Source: Nitrosopumilus sp. (lineage in GTDB: Archaea > Thermoproteota > Nitrososphaeria > Nitrososphaerales > Nitrosopumilaceae). Taken from it: a stretch of DNA of 64,000 nt. The notes under the pieces were generated by a model, which was given only the letters and a program-made list of their open reading frames with translations, did no database searches and was not told the DNA's origin. Both the position numbers and the translations under genes were made by a program. Of the stretch, positions 50,144 to 58,965 are shown piece after piece (positions within the stretch are counted from its first letter, which is position 1; every line of letters begins with the position of its first letter). The stretch is from NCBI GenBank assembly GCA_965249555.1, contig OZ252243.1, forward strand, positions 896,001 through 960,000, in the 5' to 3' direction.

Positions 50144-50185
50144 GTGGAGTTAGTTTAGTCTGGTATAACGTCAGCTTCCCAAGCT
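50144..50185 (+). repeat. att site: 5' half of tRNA-Gly(CCC) (direct repeat of 53330-53371)
   Basis: GGAGTTAGTTTAGTCTGGTATAACGTCAGCTTCCCAAGCT is identical at 50146-50185 and 53332-53371; one C>T difference at tRNA position 2. Confidence 0.95.
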
Positions 50186-50354
50186 CGGTGCCTACGGCGC
50201 AAGACACCTTCGGTGATAAATTGATGAGAGGTAATTCTTTTTCATAAAACATTTTTAGTTTTTTTATTGAAAATATAATTTTATACTCATAATTTTTGTT
50301 AGGATTAAAGTTTCTTGAGAGGAATTCTCGTTTTTTCTTACTAAACATAATCAT
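50146..50354 (-). pseudogene. Putative int(N) fragment of an att-partitioned (SSV-type) integrase
   Basis: MIMFSKKKREFL...ELPLI...ELGKLTLYQTKLTP runs antisense into the att repeat; after in-silico circularisation the frame continues at the other end. Confidence 0.5.
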
Positions 50355-50423
50355 ATCAGTAAACAACTAGATCTTAAAAATATTTATTCCCATATCACTT
50401 ACTTTTTAACCTAAAGAAAAAAA

Positions 50424-50711
50424 ATGAATATGTTGCAGAAGTTAAAAACTAATCTTTTACCTGAAATTAAAATACAAAATACTGTTTGTACTGCAGATCT
50501 TAACCAGAAAATAAACATTGCAGAATTTAACAGATATTATTTTTTGAGCTGCAATCTAGATCTGTATAGATGTGGGTATGTAAAGGATGATTCCATGATA
50601 GGAAGAACCACTGTGTTTGCAAATGGAAAATTAATTTCAGTTGGAACAAAAAGCCAAAAAGAAGCCATTAAGAAATTAAAAAAACTTGTAACAATAGTTA
50701 CACAGAAATAA
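50424..50711 (+). CDS. TATA-binding-protein-like protein, single TBP repeat (possibly truncated)
   Basis: IKIQNTVCTADL...TTVFANGKLISVGTKS matches the TBP repeat pattern I.NIVAS..L...LIF.SGK.V.TG.KS. Confidence 0.7.
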   Translation: MNMLQKLKTNLLPEIKIQNTVCTADLNQKINIAEFNRYYFLSCNLDLYRCGYVKDDSMIGRTTVFANGKLISVGTKSQKEAIKKLKKLVTIVTQK

Positions 50712-51988
50712 TTCTAATTCCTTCCCAGAGTCTTATTATTTTTCCTTCTATTCTCCCTATTGTTGATTCAATACCAAACTTTTGGGAAACTTTGTAATTG
50801 AAAGCTTTTTCTTTTTTTGGAGTGATTTTATTTTTCTTACACCACTTGCAAAATACCTGAAAGATGGAGACCTTGGAAGTTTGTCTCAAAATCCTGCTCA
50901 ACACAAGAATCCAAAAATGTGTCTATCGGATTGGCTTTTTGTGTCCAAATTTCTTGTAATTTTGAGGTATTTTCATCATATGTCAATTTTCCATTTTTCT
51001 TTATTTTTTGAATATATAGAAGAAGTAAATTTAGAATTCCTGAAAGTTTATGTTCTGTTGTTAATTCGTTGAAAAGATTTTGATTAATTTTGTATTTTTT
51101 ATTCTGATGAGTAAATTGTTGATTCCATTCAATCAAAACTAATCTTCGATAAACTGCATGTGAGTTTTCACCAAGTTCAGGTAATTCATTACATGAAAAG
51201 ATCGACTTTGCAGTGTTTCTCATCTTAAATCTATGTTGATTTTTCCTTTGAACTTCTATGGAGTCACTACTGATGATTGCTTTGATGGTGCCAAGTTCAG
51301 GAATTTCTCTTCTTGAAATATCTGCATAGATGTTTGCAAGTTTACTATCTAATCCAGCTTTTGCAAATCGATCTGATTCCATATCATGAATTGAGATATT
51401 AGAAACATTTTCTGAGCCTAAAAATCGTTCCATAACATTCAAGCAGGTACTTTTTCCATTAGCACCAGATCCTACATTCATGAACATTTTTTCTAGATGG
51501 ATATTTGGGAGTAATATAGAGGCAAACGCTTCTAATGCAGATATCTTATTTTTCTCCTCAGGAAGGCATTGATCTAAAAACCTCTGGAATTGTTCACATA
51601 TAGCATTTTGATCATATGTTACTGGTAGCTGAATTCTGAAAAGGAAGTTTGAAGAATGTGGTTGAAGTTGTTCTGTCTTTAAATTAAGAATTCCATTTCT
51701 TAGATTTATCAAGTTTTCATAACTATCAAATTCTTGATCTCGTGAAACATGTGTTTCTCGTCTAATAGTATTGATCACTTCTTTGCAATTGTGAGTTTTA
51801 CAGTCTGGAATTATTTTTTGGCATTCTTCTTTAATTATGATTTCTCCTCCACTTTTGTAGATACCATCTTCATAGACTAGAACTTGTTCAGAATCCCTTA
51901 AGGTCTTGAAATGAAAGGAGTTTCGGATAATGTCTGCATAATGACCATTTCCATACCTAATTTCACTCATTTTTAACTCAATTTCCAT
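50698..51988 (-). pseudogene. P4/D5-family (SF3) helicase of plasmid/virus primase-helicase type, frameshifted near the C-terminus
   Basis: INLRNGILNL D5_N motif, GSGANGKST Walker A, SCNELP, RRLVLI; the winged-helix-like tail (FCKWCKKNKI) lies in another frame after about 50880. Confidence 0.8.
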
Positions 51989-52200
51989 TGTGCTTCAATA
52001 ATTTCATTATTGCGATTATTGAAAGATATTTCCAATGCCCTGAACATGTCGTTTGAATTGTTATTTGTTGTTAGCATGATCTTTTCTATGGGAAAATCCA
52101 GATCTAAATACCTTTGTAGTAATTTTCTCAAAAAATATTTTTTCGGTTTGACTATAGAAATTGCAATTTGATTTTCTTTATGTTAAATTTTTTAAAATTA

Positions 52201-52746
52201 TTATTTTAACTCTGGGAATATGTCTGCATACATTAGTTTGAATTTGTCTTTTCTTTTTATTTCGGCAATTTGGTACTGATATTTTTTATAAAAATTAACT
52301 GCATCTTTAGTAAATAATACAATATATCTACATCCTACTTTGTCTGAGATAATTCGTGCTAATCCATTACACCATAATAATACATATTCTCCAAAACCTT
52401 TTCCTCTAAATTTTTTGTCAATACAAAAATCAAGAATTACTAATGCAGGATATAGATTGCCGTCACGAGTGGCAGGTCTCTTTTTTTTAATTATTTTATC
52501 TTTGTGAATATTAGATGTAGCTACTGTAACATAACCAATAGAATTTTTCTTGTAAGTTATGATGTAAGTAGTACCAAGATGTGCAGTTTGATTTTTTAAT
52601 GCTCTTTTATCAATAAAATATTGTAAGCATTGAGTGTCTTCACCTAATTCATTGGTACAATCAAAATGAGGTTTATGACTAGATTTTAATTTTGGAAAGC
52701 CAAATGCATCTTCGTCAATTTGAAATTTAGTTGAAGAACTAGCCAT
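52201..52746 (-). CDS. GNAT N-acetyltransferase, AtaT/TacT-like toxin type
   Basis: FDC...LQYF, IGYVTV, YPALVILDFCIDKKFRGKGFG, VGCRYIVL, AVNFYKKY. Confidence 0.75.
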   Translation of the reverse strand: MASSSTKFQIDEDAFGFPKLKSSHKPHFDCTNELGEDTQCLQYFIDKRALKNQTAHLGTTYIITYKKNSIGYVTVATSNIHKDKIIKKKRPATRDGNLYPALVILDFCIDKKFRGKGFGEYVLLWCNGLARIISDKVGCRYIVLFTKDAVNFYKKYQYQIAEIKRKDKFKLMYADIFPELK

Positions 52747-52774
52747 AAAAATTATGAATGTGTGTAGGTAATTA

Positions 52775-52936
52775 TTACTTACTTTTTGGTGCTTGTCTTG
52801 GTTGACAGTGTTTGAGATAAAACTTCTCAGATTTTTTAAAATAAGCTATCTCTTCTGGTGTTGCTTGTCTTTTCTGATATTTTTCAAATGCTTTTGCATT
52901 CTTGCCTGTAAGTACAATTGGTTCATTTGGATTCAT
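52775..52936 (-). CDS. Small putative antitoxin, 53 aa (not in ORF track)
   Basis: MNPNEPIVLTGKNAKAFEKYQKRQATPEEIAYFKKSEKFYLKHCQPRQAPKSK, ending 28 bp upstream of the GNAT gene on the same strand. Confidence 0.55.
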   Translation of the reverse strand: MNPNEPIVLTGKNAKAFEKYQKRQATPEEIAYFKKSEKFYLKHCQPRQAPKSK

Positions 52937-53246
52937 TATGTCATATACTCCTGTATAGAACGATTTTCTGATGTCATTATTAAATTAAGCATCTGATTTT
53001 CTCCTAGATTTTTTATAGATCCTTCTAGAGATAAGGTAGAATCTGTATTAGTTGAGCATAGACAGTTTTGCAGCATAAAATAGGCATAATCTGATTCCAT
53101 CATTTGATATTTCACAGTAAGGAGATCTAAGAAACAGGGACTGATATAATTGACATTATTGATAAATATCATCTTGCATATCTTGCATTTTTGTTAGAGT
53201 ATAACCAGTTCTTGTATGCCGGATCGGCAGACAAACCTTGGAGGGC

Positions 53247-53288
53247 CTTACTAAAAACAGTAAGATCCATCTTACTGAATTCAGTAAG
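53247..53288. repeat. Tandem palindromes CTTACT-N6-AGTAAG-N6-CTTACT-N6-AGTAAG
   Basis: Read directly: CTTACT aaaaac AGTAAG atccat CTTACT gaattc AGTAAG. Confidence 0.85.
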
Positions 53289-53329
53289 AGGAAAATTGTT
53301 TTTAGAGGGCTGACCGAAGGTCTGCGCAG

Positions 53330-53403
53330 GCGGAGTTAGTTTAGTCTGGTATAACGTCAGCTTCCCAAGCTGAAGGCCGCGGGTTCAAATCCCGCACTCC
53401 GCA
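53330..53403 (+). tRNA. tRNA-Gly(CCC)
   Basis: GCGGAGT/ACTCCGC acceptor stem, anticodon arm TCAGC-TTCCCAA-GCTGA, GTTCAAATC T loop. Confidence 0.95.
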
Positions 53404-54366
53404 TCATAGTTCTCTAATTGCTTGTTCTATTACTCCTCTATCTGGGGCTTGCGGAAAATATTTCAAATAACTTTTGAGATCCTCTTTTGCATCAGAATTT
53501 TTATTTTGTTTTTCTCTAAGATAAGCACGGTTTTTGTAAATTTTAGCAGATCTTTTTGGATTAATTTCAATAGATTTAGTGTAATAATTCTCTGCCTTTT
53601 CAAATTGATTTGTTTTAAGATAAAAATTTCCTAGACCATTGTATGTTAGATATGATCTGTGGTTGATTTCCAAGGATTTTTCATAAAACTTGATACATTC
53701 AGAAGAGTTTTGTTCATTCATCATTGAACCCAATAGATGTAAAGCAGTTGAGTTGTTTGGATCAAGTACTATAGCTTGCTTTAGTAATTCAAGTGCTTCA
53801 GAGGAATTCTTTAGAATATTTAATTTCTCAGAGGTAAAACACAATCGATTTGATTTGTTATTAGAATCATTTTCAAGTTTTACAGAAGACAAAATTTCTA
53901 GTGGGGCCAATATTATCATTAATCTTCCTTCCTCTGACCATTCCTTGTCAAAGATATCTTGCGGTATGGCTCCTTCTTGTTGTTCTCCTTCTTGATTACC
54001 TTTCTGGATATAATGAAGGATTGTCTTTTCTTCATCATTATAGCCTGTAATGACAGATGCATGTTGTGTAATTTCTGGAATTCCTGGAAGAATAACAATT
54101 GGAGGTATTCCAGAATCAATAATTTTTTTTAATTCAGATAGAGATGAATGAATTATTTTGCATGTAAGACCATGTCTTTCTGCAGATTCTATTCCTTCAA
54201 TTAGAACACTACCATTAGATTCTGAATATTGTTTTGCAGTTTCTATGGCTTCAGCCATAGGTAATTCAATATTCCAATATTTTGAAACCACGTTAATAGG
54301 CAATGGAAGACAAATATTCTCTTCATCAACAAGAGGCAATAATAATTCATGGCTTTCTTGTTCCAT
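53404..54366 (-). CDS. Peptidase C39-like domain plus TPR repeat protein
   Basis: ENICLP, QHASVITGY, followed by TPR repeats. Confidence 0.8.
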   Translation of the reverse strand: MEQESHELLLPLVDEENICLPLPINVVSKYWNIELPMAEAIETAKQYSESNGSVLIEGIESAERHGLTCKIIHSSLSELKKIIDSGIPPIVILPGIPEITQHASVITGYNDEEKTILHYIQKGNQEGEQQEGAIPQDIFDKEWSEEGRLMIILAPLEILSSVKLENDSNNKSNRLCFTSEKLNILKNSSEALELLKQAIVLDPNNSTALHLLGSMMNEQNSSECIKFYEKSLEINHRSYLTYNGLGNFYLKTNQFEKAENYYTKSIEINPKRSAKIYKNRAYLREKQNKNSDAKEDLKSYLKYFPQAPDRGVIEQAIREL

Positions 54367-54400
54367 GAAATGAGGAAATTTTGAGAGTTATTAAAATCAA

Positions 54401-54943
54401 TCAGAGAGAACAGAATTTTTCAATCAAATCATGACCATCTTGACTCATCTCTGGATGAAATTGAGTCCCAAAAATTTGCTTTTTTTCATATTGAATGATT
54501 TCGTATTTGCAATTCTTCGAGTCTGCAAGCGGAACTAGTACACCAGGTAACTTGGATATCTCGAATATATGACTCTCAAAGACGGTTAAAGAGTCATTTG
54601 AGATTGAATTTTCTTTAGAAATCGTGATTATTTCATTTCCTTTTTGAAGTGATGAAATCCTTCTGATTGTTCCTCCCAAAGTAAGTGCCAAAATTTCGGC
54701 ACCATAGCAAATTCCAAGTAATTTCATGTTGTTTTTAATTGAATAAATAACAATTTTAGAATTGATTTCATTAGTCTTTTTTTCATTTTTTCTTCTTCCA
54801 GATAGAATTACAGAATCATAATTTTCAAGTGAGTTTAGATCTAAAAGTTGAGGAGTTTGTTTTTCAAAAGAAATATTTTTTTTATTTAAAAAATCAGTTA
54901 AATTTTTTGTATATATGGAACCGTTATCAACAACTAGAAGCAA
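54401..54943 (-). CDS. Class I glutamine amidotransferase
   Basis: VVDNGS, LGICYG, GTQFHPE. Confidence 0.9.
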   Translation of the reverse strand: MLLVVDNGSIYTKNLTDFLNKKNISFEKQTPQLLDLNSLENYDSVILSGRRKNEKKTNEINSKIVIYSIKNNMKLLGICYGAEILALTLGGTIRRISSLQKGNEIITISKENSISNDSLTVFESHIFEISKLPGVLVPLADSKNCKYEIIQYEKKQIFGTQFHPEMSQDGHDLIEKFCSL

Positions 54944-57802
54944 TTAGTTGCCTACCTCAATTGAGATATAATGCATCTCAGGTATTCCATCTTTAACAAA
55001 CACTGTTCCAATATTGAGACTAGTTTCTTCTTGCCACATGAATACTCTATCACTACGTGGTTTTACAAAGTCATCAATGAATTTGGAGAGGAATTCTTCA
55101 GTATCTGCACGATCATTTTCAGTAAAGAAAATTAGTTCTCCTTCACTAAATGATAGTGGGACCTGAACAGATGTTGGTTCAGCAATTGTAATCTCATTTT
55201 CTTTAAAAACTAATTTTATGATACCAATTCTGTCATTTTTAGCTAGTTCAGTATATTCATCGTCTGTAGTTACAAGTATTGTTACACCAGAAACTTTCTT
55301 CAAATACGCTTCAAATGCTTCTTCTTGTGTATCGCCCAACCCAACAAAGTATTCTCCATTAAATGCTGCTCCAACTGCTGCAATAGTACCTATTTGGGCA
55401 ACTACTCCTCCAGCACCTGCAGTGTATACTGTGATAAAGTAAACGTCATGTTCACCTACATGATACAAAATATTATCACCAATTCTTGGATTTCTCAAGA
55501 GTGTCTTTAGTTGAGCAAAGTCTGGATCTCTATCAAGTGCCTCTCTAACTGCGGTTGGACCAATCAATTTAGTTGTAGAATTTAGTGGTACTTCATAGAA
55601 CTGCAAGTCTCCTAGAGTAGAAAGATCATTTTCAACAATCATGTATCCTGCAAGGTTCCTGCCTTGAGATCCTTTTAGTTCCAATGAAAGTAGTCCTATG
55701 AACTCAGTTTGTTCAAAACCAGGCGGTTTTGCTTCAACATAATAAGTATCAAGACCTCGTGGAATTTCATAGAATTCATTGGCTTGAATAAATGTCTCTA
55801 CATTAGTTACATGGTAAATATTGTACATCTCTGTTTTCCAATTAAATAATTCAACAGGATATCTAACTTGTTCTTCTAACCAAGAAGGAATTGGTATTAT
55901 TTGTTCAGAATATTGACTAGAAAACATTTCTGAAAAGAAATCATCTCCAGTTTTGAGTAGTTGAATATTACCATCGTATGTATCAACAAGTGCATAGCCT
56001 ACTAAACGTAAGAAAGGATTTCCAACAGACCAAGGAACATCACCTGTATCAAATCCAATGATTAATGGAATTAACCAATAGGAATTTTCTCCATCAGTGA
56101 CAGGAATTGAATCTAATTCTTTTCCAAACAAATTATAGAGAAAATAAGGATACAAAGCTTCCATTCTTTCGTGAACATCTTTGTATCTCATAACATGGAC
56201 TGGTTCAGTTGGAAATGAAAGCAAAAAGTTTGGCTCAAATGTCCAACTTATGGGTGGTGAAATGTCTATTCCACCTAAACCTGAATAAATGGCTCCTCCA
56301 AGCTCAGCACTTTCTGAACCTCTCGAAGTAGGATAACCAGACCAGGTTTGCTCAAATAGCCCACCCTCACCATAGTAAATCTCTCTTTGTTTGAAAAATT
56401 CACTACTATCGATAATTTGACCATCAGTTGCTTCTAGAGTAAGAAATCCATTTGGAACGTGAGTATAGACAAGATGCTCGTTATACCATCTGTTCTCAGC
56501 GCTTACAGTTGTTGGTAGAATTGGCTTCATTGAAGCAGTCCAATACAAAGTATTGTTAAAGCGAAGAATATCATTATCTTCAAAGTCTACATATGGAATA
56601 AGTCCGATTTCAGGCTTTAATTTGGCAAAAGCTCCTTCCCAATCCCAAACTCGAATTACATCAAGAACATCACTGTTTTTTTGTACATAATTATCAATAT
56701 TATTTGGAGAAACGGGTGTTAACTTTACATTATGAATATTTTCTTGTACATTATTTAACTCACCAAGATGTCGATTTACTCCAATTTGTTGGGCAGTGTA
56801 TGGTCCTAAATATTCAATCTTCTTTGCATCAGCAACACTATTGTTAACAGAAACAATTCCTGCGATAATAATTGCAATTGCAACAACTGTTATAATTCTA
56901 ATGTATACGTCTCTCTTAAACATGTGAGTTAGAACACGTGCTCGAATTCTATCTGCTACTGAAAATGCAATTAATGCAAAACCTATGACAAGTGTACCAC
57001 CAATCACATATCTTGTATTATAATCAATTTGATCTGTAAAGAAGAGATTAAATCCTATCCAGATTACGGCAATGCCAATTATCCCTTCAATAGTTGAAAC
57101 ATATCTTAGGTATCTAGGTTTTCCTTCAGTAGAGTCCTGAATGTACGAAATTACTACTTGAATAATTTTATGAATTCCAACATACAAAACTAAACGTAAC
57201 CCAATTGCTGCAAGTACTGGTGAAATCAATATCACCAAAGCAGGAATCATTGGAACAACATTCTCTACTGCATAATTTGGATCAGTATCAGGTGTTACAA
57301 AGGGTAGAGAAAATAATTTTGGTATATTTTCTATTCCTAGAGTATTTCCATCAATGAATGACATTGCTGCAAATCCAAACATAATATTTGCAAAGAATGC
57401 TCCAAAAAGCAAAATCTTGGTAATTTGCCAGATAACAAATTGTGCAGTAGATATTTTGTAATCTCTAAAACTTTGGATATCACTAGCTAAAGGTTGTTGT
57501 CCTCCTTTGGCAAGAAATCCGAGTGCTGTACTAATAGCATACCAGAAAATTGAAGATCTTCTAACAATATTTACACGTACAAGAGCAATTGTAGATAGAA
57601 TTATTGTAGAGACTAGAGTGTAAAAGAGAGGTTTGGTGAATTGATCACCAAATTCGGTGAAATTCATGGATAAAATTACTCCCTGATTTCCAACTGTGAC
57701 AAAAATTACAACAGCGATTATGGCTACAATGGCTAATCTGACGAATTTTCCAGCATCAGGAGGAGGTGTCTGCTTATCAGTAGAGGCACTATACAAAATC
57801 AA
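54944..57802 (-). CDS. UPF0182 family membrane protein
   Basis: N-terminal TM bundle, IRVWD, HLVYTH, IYYGEG. Confidence 0.85.
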   Translation of the reverse strand: MILYSASTDKQTPPPDAGKFVRLAIVAIIAVVIFVTVGNQGVILSMNFTEFGDQFTKPLFYTLVSTIILSTIALVRVNIVRRSSIFWYAISTALGFLAKGGQQPLASDIQSFRDYKISTAQFVIWQITKILLFGAFFANIMFGFAAMSFIDGNTLGIENIPKLFSLPFVTPDTDPNYAVENVVPMIPALVILISPVLAAIGLRLVLYVGIHKIIQVVISYIQDSTEGKPRYLRYVSTIEGIIGIAVIWIGFNLFFTDQIDYNTRYVIGGTLVIGFALIAFSVADRIRARVLTHMFKRDVYIRIITVVAIAIIIAGIVSVNNSVADAKKIEYLGPYTAQQIGVNRHLGELNNVQENIHNVKLTPVSPNNIDNYVQKNSDVLDVIRVWDWEGAFAKLKPEIGLIPYVDFEDNDILRFNNTLYWTASMKPILPTTVSAENRWYNEHLVYTHVPNGFLTLEATDGQIIDSSEFFKQREIYYGEGGLFEQTWSGYPTSRGSESAELGGAIYSGLGGIDISPPISWTFEPNFLLSFPTEPVHVMRYKDVHERMEALYPYFLYNLFGKELDSIPVTDGENSYWLIPLIIGFDTGDVPWSVGNPFLRLVGYALVDTYDGNIQLLKTGDDFFSEMFSSQYSEQIIPIPSWLEEQVRYPVELFNWKTEMYNIYHVTNVETFIQANEFYEIPRGLDTYYVEAKPPGFEQTEFIGLLSLELKGSQGRNLAGYMIVENDLSTLGDLQFYEVPLNSTTKLIGPTAVREALDRDPDFAQLKTLLRNPRIGDNILYHVGEHDVYFITVYTAGAGGVVAQIGTIAAVGAAFNGEYFVGLGDTQEEAFEAYLKKVSGVTILVTTDDEYTELAKNDRIGIIKLVFKENEITIAEPTSVQVPLSFSEGELIFFTENDRADTEEFLSKFIDDFVKPRSDRVFMWQEETSLNIGTVFVKDGIPEMHYISIEVGN

Positions 57803-57843
57803 ATTTCGTTGTGATTTGGTAAATTAATGTCTTACCAGCAAAA

Positions 57844-58965
57844 TCAAGCTATTGTTGCTAGTTTTTTGCAAACCATATAGACTGCAGCATATGTAGGAAT
57901 TGTGACTTTTTCATTGGTATATGGGCCAAATTTTTTGTTTTTGAGGGAAAATTCTATTGGACAGTTTGCAAAAACTTCTACTGAGTCATCACTAAGAAAA
58001 GATGCTTCAGTGTATGGATCAAACTTTGTTAAATTTTTACAAAGAATTTTTGTGAGACCACTTTTGCTGTTTATAGAACCAGATAATCTAAAAATTCTAT
58101 GAATATCCATAGTTACATTAGGATCAATTTTTACTCCAATTTTTTCTGAGACATCATCAAGAGTTTTTTGGAAAGAAGGATAACCATTTACAAGCAACTC
58201 TGAAATTATTTTTGAGCGTTTTGATTTAGAACCAAACACATGTTTAGAAAATCTTCCTCGCCATCCATTTTCATTAAAATCTGGGAAAGATGAGCGATTT
58301 GGTTTGAATCTCTTCATTCCAAATTTTTCAGGAATAGCTCCATTAAACATGATGTAATCTACAAGTTCTGATCTTTCTCTAGAACCAATTTGTTGAAATT
58401 GTGAATCACACACATAAACATGAAATCCTTCGTTACCTGAAAAATATACATGAATTTTTTCTTTAGCTATTGCCAGATCATCAATTAGAACTTCAGATAG
58501 TTTAGATACTTCAGTTTTTGATGAATCAATACAATTTTTACAAGGTAAAGATTTTTTTTCTATTTTTGTAGAATTACATTTTAAACAGTGATCAGAATTT
58601 TTTGAAACTTCATTGCATTCATTACATATTGATACAGTATGATTTTCTCTGCAAGACAAATTAAGATCTTTTGCGTCAATATCAAAAATCAGATCTGCTT
58701 CCTTCCATTCTTTTTCATTCATAGGTAAATTAGGAAATGTATAGTATGCATTTGAACAATAAACATCAGATGGAATGTTTTGCATAAATAATAGATGCAA
58801 TTCCTTATCATCTTTTAATGAGATATGACGAGTCATTCCAGAATTGAATTTTTGATATCCAAATTCTCTTTCAGATGTTCGTTCAGGTGCATGAATTAGA
58901 TCAAAATGTTCAAAATAATATTTTTTGAACGAGTCTTCTAAGAATTTGATGTCAGTTTCTTTCAT
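57844..58965 (-). CDS. priS: DNA primase small subunit
   Basis: REFGY, LIFDIDAKD, FSGNEGFHV, IDPNVTMDIHRIFRL. Confidence 0.93.
   Translation of the reverse strand: MKETDIKFLEDSFKKYYFEHFDLIHAPERTSEREFGYQKFNSGMTRHISLKDDKELHLLFMQNIPSDVYCSNAYYTFPNLPMNEKEWKEADLIFDIDAKDLNLSCRENHTVSICNECNEVSKNSDHCLKCNSTKIEKKSLPCKNCIDSSKTEVSKLSEVLIDDLAIAKEKIHVYFSGNEGFHVYVCDSQFQQIGSRERSELVDYIMFNGAIPEKFGMKRFKPNRSSFPDFNENGWRGRFSKHVFGSKSKRSKIISELLVNGYPSFQKTLDDVSEKIGVKIDPNVTMDIHRIFRLSGSINSKSGLTKILCKNLTKFDPYTEASFLSDDSVEVFANCPIEFSLKNKKFGPYTNEKVTIPTYAAVYMVCKKLATIA

Larger units (their letters stand above)
50144..53371. mobile_element. Small integrated element (plasmid/satellite-like, decayed) in tRNA-Gly(CCC)
   Basis: Flanking tRNA direct repeats 3,186 bp apart; P4/D5 helicase, GNAT, TBP-like gene, and an ORF split at att. 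Confidence 0.88.

Noticed and set aside
50049-50145. C-terminal part of ORF 50049-50366
   Set aside because: Read-through past the att site into host DNA that overlaps the real Zn-ribbon gene in another frame
50144-50216. Genuine split (trans-spliced) tRNA-Gly half
   Set aside because: An intact tRNA-Gly(CCC) exists at 53330, no separate 3' half or BHB junction is seen, and the fragment is explained as an att repeat
52161-52188. XerD-arm-like TTATGTTAAAT
   Set aside because: No matching left arm at 6-bp spacing
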